Shown: positions 22,373 to 31,249 of the stretch, one piece after another | Layout of the letters: every line of letters begins with the position of its first letter | Numbering within the stretch: the stretch's first letter is position 1 | Assembly: GCF_000008645.1 (NCBI RefSeq) | Contig: NC_000916.1 | Location: 210,001-242,000, forward strand | Source of the DNA: Methanothermobacter thermautotrophicus str. Delta H | GTDB lineage: Archaea; Methanobacteriota; Methanobacteria; Methanobacteriales; Methanothermobacteraceae | Direction: 5' to 3' | DNA: 32,000 bases | Program-made: the position numbers and the translations under genes | Notes under the pieces: model-generated | Told to the model about the DNA's origin: nothing | Databases searched by the model: none | Seen by the model: only the letters and a program-made list of their open reading frames with translations

Positions 22373-25007
22373 TTGAGAGGAACTCTAAAGAAGATTGGGG
22401 GGATAGAATTTGGTCTCATGTCCCCAGAGGATATCAGGAAGATATCCGTCGCCCAGATCGTCACCCCGGACACCTACAACGAGGACGGGTACCCCATAGA
22501 GAACGGACTCATGGATCCCAGGCTCGGTGTGATAGACCCCCGGTTCCGCTGCTGGACCTGCGGCGCAAGGGGAGGGGAGTGCCCGGGACACTTCGGGAGC
22601 ATAAACCTTGCAAGGCCGGTCATACACGTGGGATTCGCAGACACCATACACAAGATCCTGCGGTCAACCTGCAGAAAATGTGGGAGGGTCCTCCTCACCG
22701 GGACTGAAATCGAGGAATATATCAGAGGATACTTGAAGCCATGGAGAAAGAGGAAAACTTCACGCCACTGGTAAACAGGGTATACTCCCTTGCAAGGAGG
22801 GACAGGTGCCCCCACTGTGAGGAGGAACAGCAGGAGATCAAACTCGACAAGCCCGTCTCAATCGTCGAGGGAGACTACAAGCTCACACCCAGTGAGGTGA
22901 AGGAGCGTCTTGAGAGGATAAGCGATGACGACGCCCTCATCCTCGGTGTCAACCCCCAGGTTGCAAGGCCAGAATGGATGGTCCTGACAGTCCTCCCGGT
23001 CCCCCCGTAACGATGAGGCCCTCAATCACCCTCAAAAACGGTGAAAGGTCAGAGGACGACCTGACCCATAAACTGGTCGATATACTCAGGATAAACCAGC
23101 GCCTCAAGGAGAACATGGAGGCAGGGGCTCCCCAGCTGATCGTGGAGGACCTCTGGGAACTCCTGCAGTACCATGTGACCACCTACTTCGATAACGAGGC
23201 CTCTGGTGTAACCCCTGCAAGGCAACGATCTGGAAGGCAGCTGCTGACGTTAATGCAGCGCTTAAAGAGCAAAAAGGGGATGTTCAGCAGTGAACTTTCA
23301 AAAGGACGGTTTAGGGGCAACCTTTCAGGTAAGAGGGTTAACTTCTCTGCCCGTACTGTCATCTCCCCGGATCCCAACATCAGCATAAACGAGGTGGGTG
23401 TCCCTGAAATCATAGCCAGGGAGGTTACCGTACCGGTCTACGTCACAGAATGGAACATAGACCGTATGAGGGAGTACATAGAAAACGGGCCAGACGTCCA
23501 CCCGGGAGCCAACTACGTCATAAGACCCGACGGACGCAGGATAAGAATCTCCTCTAAAAACACGGAAACTGTCATTGAGAACCTGAAACCTGGATACGTG
23601 GTTGAGAGACACCTCAAGGATGGTGACATCGTACTGTTCAACCGTCAACCATCCCTCCACAGGATGTCCCTCATGGCCCACCGGGCCCGTGTACTGCCCT
23701 ACAAGACCTTCCGCCTCAACCTGTGTGTATGCCCACCCTACAACGCCGACTTTGACGGTGACGAGATGAATATTCATGTACTGCAAACAGAGGAGTCCAG
23801 GGCAGAGGCAAAAACCTTAATGCTCGTCCAAGAACACATGATATCCCCCAGATTCGGGGGGCCTATAATAGGTAGTATAAATGACCAGATATCTGGATTG
23901 TATCTCCTCACAAGAAAATTTGCAGAATTTGAAGAGGAAGAGGTATTCCAGCTACTTAGAAGCGCTGGAATTTCATTACCATCTAGAAGGGGCACTAAAT
24001 GGAGTGGTAAAGAAATATTTAGCCTGATACTCCCAGATGACCTCAGCATGACCTACAGGGCAGATGTATGCAGAAGATGTCAGGAATGCATCGAAGATGG
24101 ATGTGAATATGATGCATATGTAGTAATAGAAAATGGAAGGCTCGAATCAGGCGTTATTGACAAAAAAACATGCGGGGCATTTTCAGGTAGATTGCTGGGA
24201 CATATAATCAGGGAATATGGTACTGATGAGGCCCGTGAATTCTTGGAATCAGCCAGCAGGCTGGCCATAGCAGTACTCATGAGGACAGGGTTCACGACAA
24301 GTATCATGGACTTTGACGTGCCCGAAGAAGCTAGACAAATGATAGATTCAGTGCTTGGAATGGTTATGGATCGTGTGGAAGGGCTCACTGAGGACAAGGA
24401 GGATGGGAGAGTCGAACCAGTGCAAGTAATGAGTTCGGAGAAGAACTTTGAGATTACGATAATGAAGGTCCTGGCCGGGGCAAGGGAGAGGGGAGGGGAA
24501 ATAGCCAGGAAGTACCTTGGGGTGGATGGAAACCAGGGATATATGATAACCCGGACGGGTCTGAAGTGTTCATTGCTTAACTTCACCCAGATAACAGCCT
24601 GTTTGGGGCAGCAGTCCGTCAGGGGTGAGCGTATCAGCAGGGGATACGATAACAGGACACTCCCTCACTTCAGGAAGGGAGAGCTCGGGGCAAAGTCCCG
24701 GGGATTCGTACAATCAAGTTACAGGGAAGGTCTGGATCCCATTGAATTCTTCTTCCACGCCATGGGTGGAAGGGATGCCCTCGTGGATACAGCCGTCCGC
24801 ACAGCCCAGAGCGGTTACATGCAGAGGCGTCTCATAAACGCTCTCCAGGACCTCACAGTCGATGAGGATGGCAGGGTAAGGGATAGCTGCGGTAACGTGA
24901 TTCAGATACTCTACGGCGAGGACGGGGTAAGCCCCTGGAGGGGGAAAAATGGCGAAATAGTGGATCTGGAACAGCTGGTCTATGAGATCAGGAGAAAAAG
25001 CCCATGA
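22373..25007 (+). pseudogene. rpoA1: DNA-directed RNA polymerase subunit A' (Rpo1N) paralogue, split into three frames; orphan (no rpoH/rpoB/rpoA'' neighbours)
   Basis: Three collinear ORFs, 22373..22774 (frame 2), 22741..23010 (frame 1) and 22974..25007 (frame 3), together give a full-length A'. Landmarks are the Zn site [25 protein letters not shown]|[36 protein letters not shown] and catalytic NADFDGDEMN (23742-23771). The frame breaks are at ~22718-22740 (tatat) and at or next to C6 23001-23006. Confidence 0.9.
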
Positions 25008-25087
25008 ACTGATCTCTGATTCTGAAGCAGACCATTTAAGAGCCATCAGAGGAAATTCCTTAAAAAATACATACCAGCATCTAAAGA

Positions 25088-25100
25088 CTTTATTTTTTTT
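25088..25100 (+). terminator. oligo-T terminator (ctttaTTTTTTTT) downstream of the rpoA'-like gene
   Basis: T8 at 25093-25100, about 85 nt after the stop at 25007. Confidence 0.45.
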
Positions 25101-25282
25101 GAATTGTTTAAACGGGACCAGCCATCGTTAATTATGAAACCACTGCCATCACTGCCCTTGCAGTGCTTCCAGTTATTCAGTGGCTACCATCCAGGCAACG
25201 CAACAAGCGGCTTCGATGGGATTTCATCAGCTGACATAAACTAGATATACCCTGAGATACAGATACATAGCTGGGAATCTAT

Positions 25283-25801
25283 ATGAGACGTGCTTTAATT
25301 TTGATGGCCATGATATGCTCCACTTTAGCTATCTCTGGCTGTACACAAACAGGTAACAACACCTTATCTGAGAGTACAGGTGTGCCGGTGGCCGAAGTGC
25401 CTGAAATAGCCTACAGGGTTTCAGTTGCCAGTGGAACCATAGATTCAATAGAATATAAGGGCCTCAACCTTTCAATGAACCAGTGCCTCTACATATTCGC
25501 CCGGGCCATAGTCATGCTGGACAGTAACGATAAGGGTAACATACCGGTAAGGGAATATGGCAACCCTGAGAGTCCTGATGGCCGGTTAAGCTCCGCAACA
25601 TTAACAAGGGCCGAGTATGTTGACATGGCCGGCAGGACCTACAGGTGGATGGATTCAGAATGGAAGGGTCCGAATCATGTTGGAATAAGGCAGGAGGGGG
25701 CAGGGGACCTCTCACCGGATATCCTGCTCAGGGCATTTGTCAGGGTCCTCACAGAGTACAGGTCCACGGGTAAACTCCCTGACAGGGTTACTGTACCATG
25801 A
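25283..25801 (+). CDS. secreted lipoprotein with pseudomurein-binding-repeat-like segments
   Basis: Signal peptide plus lipobox MRRALILMAMICSTLAISGC. The segments LSMNQCLYIFARAIVML and LLRAFVRVLTEYRSTGKLPDRVTV resemble PMBR units (by eye). Confidence 0.6.
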   Translation: MRRALILMAMICSTLAISGCTQTGNNTLSESTGVPVAEVPEIAYRVSVASGTIDSIEYKGLNLSMNQCLYIFARAIVMLDSNDKGNIPVREYGNPESPDGRLSSATLTRAEYVDMAGRTYRWMDSEWKGPNHVGIRQEGAGDLSPDILLRAFVRVLTEYRSTGKLPDRVTVP

Positions 25802-25850
25802 TAGAAGAGAATATCGGGTAAACTCCCTGACACCATGATAGAAGAGAATA
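25768..25850. repeat. local tandem duplication spanning the stop codon of the 25283..25801 gene
   Basis: gggtaaactccctgaca[gggttactgta]ccatgatagaagagaata lies at 25768-25813. It is repeated at 25816-25850 without the bracketed 11 nt. Confidence 0.9.
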
Positions 25851-25890
25851 CCAGTGATATGCCCACCTTCTGTGCCTTTAAGGGATTCCT

Positions 25891-26436
25891 CTAACCAGTG
25901 ACAGACCCGAATAAATTCTGGAAGAACTGTATTATGCTGTTTATGAAGCCCTGGATTGCTTCAAGGACCCCTCCCTGGGCCTCCTCTGTCCCGGTCCCGT
26001 TACCGGTATATGTGAGGGGTTTGCCGCCTGAGGATCCTGTTTCAGTCTTCCCATCTATTTTTGCACTTATTATTTTTCCGCTTTCTGCATCAACATAGAT
26101 GGTCCCGACGATGTTCCCTGAGCTGTCGCGGACCCTCACAACCCATGCATCAGCTATGTACTTGTATTTACCGGTTCCCTCAAATGCATCCTCTTTATAT
26201 TCCCCGAAGGGTATCCATTTAACCTCCCCGGTCTTATTAACCCTCACCTTCGCCTTCCAGTCACTGTAGGCAGGGGTCATGGCCGTGTAGGGCAGACCCT
26301 TTGAGTCCAGGTAGTCCTGTGCCAGTGCCGTTGCCTGGGCCCTCTCAATAATGGGTCCGGAGTCGGCAGAAACCGTTCCAAGAAAAACCAGAACGGTTAA
26401 TATGGATAGAAGTTTTGCAAAGTTCTTAAGGTACAT
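25891..26436 (-). CDS. secreted protein, PepSY-like domain (tentative)
   Basis: 181 aa with an N-terminal signal/anchor, MYLKNFAKLLSILTVLVFLGTVSA. AQATALAQDYLDSKGLPY...VYVDAESGKIISAKIDG resembles PepSY (by eye). Confidence 0.5.
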   Translation of the reverse strand: MYLKNFAKLLSILTVLVFLGTVSADSGPIIERAQATALAQDYLDSKGLPYTAMTPAYSDWKAKVRVNKTGEVKWIPFGEYKEDAFEGTGKYKYIADAWVVRVRDSSGNIVGTIYVDAESGKIISAKIDGKTETGSSGGKPLTYTGNGTGTEEAQGGVLEAIQGFINSIIQFFQNLFGSVTG

Positions 26437-26505
26437 AAAACACCTCCCTCATAATTTATGTTATGAAAAGCATATAGTTCTTTGCCTTTTTTTGGTTGAA
26501 GGAGG

Positions 26506-27543
26506 TCACTGGAGGAGGTCCCACATCCCTCTGACAAGGAAAATGGCTTCAATACTGTACTCGACCATGTCAGCCATGGCATCCATGTGCCCTTCAAGGG
26601 CTTCCCTTCCACCTGACTCCTCAATGAGGTTGCTGAAGGTGTCACGGTCTGAGAGGTATCCCGGTATCTCGGTGATGGTGCTGTGGACACCCCCACTGGA
26701 GGGGTCCCTCATGGAGACCAGGAAGGTTGAGGGGACACCTGCAACTGAGAATGGGAGGTAAACGTGGCTTATGGCCTGCTCGCCCGCCGGTGTTGAGGCC
26801 GCCATGAAATCAACCACATCGGCCCTGATACCGTGAAGGCGGGCGTTGAGGGCAATTAGGCCGACAAGGGCTGGGCTGCTGTCAGCGTAGTAGTCCCTCC
26901 TCACAATGCAGGGGCTCCCCATGCCCATGGCCTCCAGGCTGATAACCGCAATGGTTCTGTTCACCTCCTCCTGCCTGTTAAGGACGTGGTGCCTTGCACC
27001 TACCAGGTAGGGCAGATAGACTATCTGGTGGTATGCGTCAGGGGAGAGGGACGTCCTTTTCGGGGTTACCAGGGGGAAGGTGAAGCCATCCTCCCCGGCA
27101 CCGAAGGCGATGAGTTTGATTGTGTATGGTGGCCTCCGGTCATGGTACCTCTCTGCAATTTCAAGGAGCAGTGCAAGTCCGGTTGCATCATCGTTGGCCC
27201 CGGATGAGTAGTTCCCGCTCACGGGATCCACAGGAGTGTCCAGATCGGCGCAGATTATGATTTCACGCTCTGAATCACCCTCAATGGTGGCTATAACATT
27301 GCATGACCTCCTCACCCCCGGAGAGGTTAATGAGTAGTACCTGAATTCCTCCAGCTCCGTCTTTATCCCCATGGCCTGGAACCGTGAGGCAATGTACTCG
27401 GCGGCCATCCTTTCACTGGCTGAACCGGCGGGTCTTGGACCCACATCCTCTGAAAGGTGCTTCACTTCCCCCACCATATCCACGGGGTGAACCGGCTGGA
27501 TCGAAAAAATCAGAATGATAATGATCAGGGCCTTTAACTTCAT
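26506..27543 (-). CDS. secreted M28-family (aminopeptidase-like) metallopeptidase homologue
   Basis: Signal peptide MKLKALIIIILIFSIQPVHP. GANDDATGLALLLEIAERY matches the M28 GAxDDxSG block, and the overall length and order are M28-like. Confidence 0.75.
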   Translation of the reverse strand: MKLKALIIIILIFSIQPVHPVDMVGEVKHLSEDVGPRPAGSASERMAAEYIASRFQAMGIKTELEEFRYYSLTSPGVRRSCNVIATIEGDSEREIIICADLDTPVDPVSGNYSSGANDDATGLALLLEIAERYHDRRPPYTIKLIAFGAGEDGFTFPLVTPKRTSLSPDAYHQIVYLPYLVGARHHVLNRQEEVNRTIAVISLEAMGMGSPCIVRRDYYADSSPALVGLIALNARLHGIRADVVDFMAASTPAGEQAISHVYLPFSVAGVPSTFLVSMRDPSSGGVHSTITEIPGYLSDRDTFSNLIEESGGREALEGHMDAMADMVEYSIEAIFLVRGMWDLLQ

Positions 27544-27693
27544 ACAACCACACTGATATTATGTCGCCCGGGTAATTAAATCATGGCATGATCAGATCTT
27601 CTGCCCGCCATACTGGTAAAGTTGTGATCTTTCTGCAGAAACCAGAGGGCTGAAGGATTTCCTGTCCTGAACCTGGCTGATAAAGGTTGGAGC

Positions 27694-28155
27694 TTAACCG
27701 GACGGCTGCATGCCCTGATCCTGTTCCTCATCATTCAATGAGTCAAGGATGGCTTTAATTTTCTCTGTAAACTCACGGAAGTCACTCAGGTGTTCCTGGA
27801 GTATTCTGAATGTTATACGGTCGTCTATCTTCCCGTACCGGCGCACCACGATATTCCTGAAGCCCCTCATGGCCTTTATCTTTTTGAATGTGTCCTCATC
27901 GATTATGCCTGATCTGAGGAGGTTCTCCAGGACCTCGCCATCGGAACCTGGCACGCCAAGGTTGAGGTCAGAGTTGAGGATTGAACATATGTCATAGACG
28001 TTTTCAACTGCAAATTCAAGTCTCTTATACATCCCGTCCCTTATGAGCCCAAGTTCTGAGAATTCACCGAAACTTTCAGGAAGGTTCTCCTCTATGAGTC
28101 CCACACTCTCCTCAATTTCGCGTATCTTGGTGAGTACAACGACCTTTCTGACCAT
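27694..28155 (-). CDS. hepT: HepT-like HEPN (DUF86) toxin with variant active-site motif
   Basis: The probable start is ATG 28155 (MVRKVVVL...) after GGGGGTGTGAG, 10 nt downstream of the MNT stop. The motif FRNIVVRRYGKIDD (27835-27858 encodes RNIVVRRY) aligns to the canonical RNxxxHxY with Arg in place of His. Confidence 0.75.
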   Translation of the reverse strand: MVRKVVVLTKIREIEESVGLIEENLPESFGEFSELGLIRDGMYKRLEFAVENVYDICSILNSDLNLGVPGSDGEVLENLLRSGIIDEDTFKKIKAMRGFRNIVVRRYGKIDDRITFRILQEHLSDFREFTEKIKAILDSLNDEEQDQGMQPSG

Positions 28156-28165
28156 CTCACACCCC

Positions 28166-28555
28166 CTAACCCATCCTTTCAAGGCCAATGTAATCATAGA
28201 ATCTATGTCTGAAGTCATCGAAGTCCCTGATGGTCTTCCAGGCGGTATCATAGAGGAATCTTTGATCATCACAGTAGATGACCTCACCCCTGAGTACCTC
28301 AACCTGGACGTAGAGTGGTAATTGCTGGAAGATCTGGACGTCGAAAATCTCATCAACCTCACTCAGGACCCGGAACCTGTAGTATGATGCCTCATCCTCT
28401 TCAGCATCATAGTAAATTGCCAGGTCTATATCAGACCATTCACCGCCCCTGAGGGCGGAACCGTATAGTATTATGAAACGGATCCTCTCTGAGCCCTCAA
28501 TTTTCCTGATTACCCTCAGGAACCTGTCGACGTGTTTTCTGATAACTTCATCCAT
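28166..28555 (-). CDS. mntA: MntA-like minimal nucleotidyltransferase antitoxin
   Basis: 129 aa. ILYGSALRGGEWSDIDLAIYY carries the GSxxRG...DxD motif of the MNT/Pol-beta superfamily. It lies directly upstream of the HEPN gene. Confidence 0.85.
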   Translation of the reverse strand: MDEVIRKHVDRFLRVIRKIEGSERIRFIILYGSALRGGEWSDIDLAIYYDAEEDEASYYRFRVLSEVDEIFDVQIFQQLPLYVQVEVLRGEVIYCDDQRFLYDTAWKTIRDFDDFRHRFYDYIGLERMG

Positions 28556-28703
28556 ACCTTATGTTCTGTCTTTCATTTTTAGTATCCCTTTGCTTTGCAG
28601 CAGATATCACAGTAGAGTCATCCATTGTATATGATCATGCTTCTCTGGGGGCTTCTGAATAAATAGTAAATGATAATAATGAATACAGTCAAGATATCTA
28701 CCG

Positions 28704-29723
28704 GTGTTTCATGTGCTGGGATCCCTCTATGAAGAAGCGGCCCTCAGGGGGAGGATGCTGAAATCCTCAGCTGAATCCAGGCTCCAGGAACTTCCTGATG
28801 TCAGTGAATACTGGATCAGGCATGAGTCCATGGATGACTCACTCTCAACTGCAGCGGCTGATGGGGGCTCGGGTTTTAAGGAATTTTCAGGCCTCATACT
28901 CGCAGCCATCAACACCGCCGTGCTCTCAGATTCGGGTGAGATTGTTGAGGGGAGCTTCCTGGACATCCTAGGACCCCAGTCAGGCATAAGGGAGCGGGTG
29001 AGGAACCTCACAGCCATATGTGAATTCAAGAACAGCATAATCGCCATGGAGGACCTCCAGCCCGACCTCCTCATCCTGGACGGCTCCCTCATAGGGACCA
29101 TCCTGAGGCCTGTGAAGTATGATGGGGTTCTGGGGAATGATGTTAAGGGATGGATAAGGAGTCACTGCCTGAGGGAGGTGGCAGCATCAATGGATGGGGT
29201 CCATGTACATTCAAGGTCCATGGAGGACACCATCAGGGACGCCCTAAGGTCTGAAAGACCCGTGGTTTACCTTGAGGGCATTGAGAGGATGGTATCCATA
29301 TGGAAGCTACTCAAGAAGAGCAGGGACATCGTGGCGGTATCTGAGAGGTCAACCATGTCAGACATATTCGGGGATATGTCTGATCTCTCTGTATTCAATA
29401 CACTCACAGCTGGCCCCGGCCACTCCGTCCCGATTCACAGAGAACTATCAGGTCTCAAGGGCAGGTTCCCTGTCCTTGATGCGTTCTTCAGCAGCCTTGA
29501 ATTCACGGTGTTCTATGCCAAGCTCGAGGAGAACGGCAGGGTCCTTAAATTCGAGGTACCGCGACGTCTGGGCACCGCTGAAATTGGTGAATACCTTGAG
29601 GGTCTCAGGGCATCATCGGCGGACGGCTACCCCCACATCCTCAGAAGGGTGAAGGAGGATGTAAGGATAACAGCCTCTGAGATGGATATCATCGCCGGGA
29701 TGGTCCTTGAGGGCCTCATCTAA
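28704..29723 (+). CDS. nurA: NurA-like nuclease
   Basis: 339 aa. AADGGSGF and LLILDGSLIG match the conserved NurA acidic DGS motifs. It overlaps and is coupled to the downstream HerA-type ATPase. Confidence 0.65.
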   Translation: MFHVLGSLYEEAALRGRMLKSSAESRLQELPDVSEYWIRHESMDDSLSTAAADGGSGFKEFSGLILAAINTAVLSDSGEIVEGSFLDILGPQSGIRERVRNLTAICEFKNSIIAMEDLQPDLLILDGSLIGTILRPVKYDGVLGNDVKGWIRSHCLREVAASMDGVHVHSRSMEDTIRDALRSERPVVYLEGIERMVSIWKLLKKSRDIVAVSERSTMSDIFGDMSDLSVFNTLTAGPGHSVPIHRELSGLKGRFPVLDAFFSSLEFTVFYAKLEENGRVLKFEVPRRLGTAEIGEYLEGLRASSADGYPHILRRVKEDVRITASEMDIIAGMVLEGLI

Positions 29724-31182
29724 AGATACTGGAGGTTCGGTCTTGGGATTCGTGGGAAGGTGCTATGGTGAGACATCACCCTGGAGGGTGAGTTTCGTAT
29801 CAAGGGAGATGCCCGGGGTTGGCGAGTACGTTGTGATGGAGTATGATGGACGGAGAATACTGGGGATGGTGGAGTCGCTCCTACGGGGCGTCCCGGGCGT
29901 CACCGAGGACCTGAATGACCCTGAGACGGTTGAGAGGATAATCAGGGTCACAGGGGGGAGGCAGTACGTCAGGGGCACCGTCAGGATACTGGGTGATGTT
30001 GAAACCCTGGAGATACCAAGGGTGCCGCCAGGTCCAGGGACGGAGGTGAGGTCAGCCGACCCGGAGACCCTCGGGAGGATATTCGGGCGCGGAAACCTGA
30101 CCCTCGGGAGGCTGCTCACAGCCGACGCACCATTCACTGTTGACATCAACCGCATGGTCACAAGGCACCTGGCGGTCCTTGCAGTCACAGGGGCGGGTAA
30201 ATCCAACACCGTGGCGGTGATAGTGGACGGGCTCCTCAGGGCAGGGGGTACCGTCATAATCTTCGACATGCACTCAGAGTACGTCAACGCCAGGTTCACA
30301 GGTGGAAGGGTTAACAGAATAGGGGCATCCATAAACCCTGCCCACCTCTCACTCAGAGAGATTAAGAGACTCAGCAACGTCAGGGATAACGCCTACGTCC
30401 AGGAAAGGTACCTTGCAAGGGCCCACAGGAGGGTAAGGTCCGGGATGAAGGATGGCAGCTCATCACCAGCTGAATTCTTCAGGAGGATGGATGAGAAACT
30501 GGATGAGCTTCTCTCAGAGAACAGCAGCGACAGGAGGAGCATAATCGATGTCCAGAACAAGCTGGAGCACATGCGTGAATCCTATGAGGAGATAATAGAC
30601 CTTGAGTCTGAGGGGATAATTGAGAGGCTCAGATTAAACCATGTCAATGTGATCGACCTCGGCTCAGTGGATGAGACAGGTTCCGATGTCATTGTGAGTC
30701 ATGTGCTCCAGGAGGTCCTCCAGAGCAGGAAGGAGTATCTCAGGCATGGAACTGGCCTTGAGACACCAGTATTCATGGTCCTTGAGGAGGCCCACATCCT
30801 CGCACCCTCTGACCGGCCAACCGAGTCAAGGTACTGGATAGGCAGGGTCGCCAGGGAGGGGAGGAAGTTCGGGGTCGGCCTCTGTCTGGTGAGCCAGAGC
30901 CCCAAGTCCCTTGACCATGAGGCCCTCTCCCAGGCCAACAATATGATCGTAATGCGCCTCATTGAACCCAATGACCAGCTGCATGTCCAGAGGGCCAGTG
31001 AGGCCCTCAGTGATGACCTCCTCTCACACCTCCCCTCACTGAACATCGGGGAGGCGGTTGTGGTCGGCCTCATGGCACCCTTACCGGCCATTGTGAGGAT
31101 AGAGGAATTTGAGGGTAAGCTCTCGGGCGGTGACCTTGACGTTGCCGGGATATGGAGTGGTATGCGGGTAGGGGATGAGTAG
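29707..31182 (+). CDS. herA: HerA/DUF87-type FtsK-like hexameric ATPase/helicase
   Basis: There is an N-terminal HAS-barrel-like region (GEYVVMEYDGRRILGMVESL), Walker A AVTGAGKSNT, Walker B VFMVLEEAHI and the segment GVGLCLVSQSP. The likely start is TTG 29743, 6 nt after GGAGGT (29731-29736). Confidence 0.85.
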   Translation: MRASSKDTGGSVLGFVGRCYGETSPWRVSFVSREMPGVGEYVVMEYDGRRILGMVESLLRGVPGVTEDLNDPETVERIIRVTGGRQYVRGTVRILGDVETLEIPRVPPGPGTEVRSADPETLGRIFGRGNLTLGRLLTADAPFTVDINRMVTRHLAVLAVTGAGKSNTVAVIVDGLLRAGGTVIIFDMHSEYVNARFTGGRVNRIGASINPAHLSLREIKRLSNVRDNAYVQERYLARAHRRVRSGMKDGSSSPAEFFRRMDEKLDELLSENSSDRRSIIDVQNKLEHMRESYEEIIDLESEGIIERLRLNHVNVIDLGSVDETGSDVIVSHVLQEVLQSRKEYLRHGTGLETPVFMVLEEAHILAPSDRPTESRYWIGRVAREGRKFGVGLCLVSQSPKSLDHEALSQANNMIVMRLIEPNDQLHVQRASEALSDDLLSHLPSLNIGEAVVVGLMAPLPAIVRIEEFEGKLSGGDLDVAGIWSGMRVGDE

Positions 31183-31249
31183 TTTGCTGCCGCATCTCCA
31201 TGTCTTTGGGGGTAAAGGATAAGTATCTTGATGTGTAAAGTATTCTACA

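Noticed and set aside
22700-23010. Frame breaks in the rpoA' paralogue read as programmed frameshifting or an intein/intron.
   Set aside because: The peptide sequence can be read straight across both junctions with no inserted sequence. No slippery heptamer with a downstream structure was evident. Simple 1-nt indels explain both breaks.
25101-25282. Short 37-codon ORF (ATG about 25134) and possible RNA gene in the spacer after the rpoA' paralogue.
   Set aside because: I saw no SD, no motif, no convincing secondary structure and no tRNA-like cloverleaf by eye. The support is insufficient.
26506-27543. Apparent substitutions at M28 metal-ligand positions (ADLDT where HxD is expected; GEDG for the EE pair), suggesting an inactive peptidase.
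   Set aside because: The alignment was done by eye and the register is uncertain. Asp and Glu replacements could still ligate zinc. This is not solid enough to report as a finding.
55-30377. Many long antisense or overlapping ORFs in the track (for example 55..321, 629..1057, 2046..2360, 5158..5577, 7254..7688, 8026..8709, 9146..9508, 10025..10405, 21128..21466, 23325..23786, 24080..24586, 28727..29101, 29763..30377).
   Set aside because: Each lies fully inside a longer ORF on the other strand or in another frame, and that longer ORF has recognisable family motifs. Their sequences are low-complexity (Ser/Pro/Arg/Leu-rich) shadows typical of antisense reading, and they lack SD sites.
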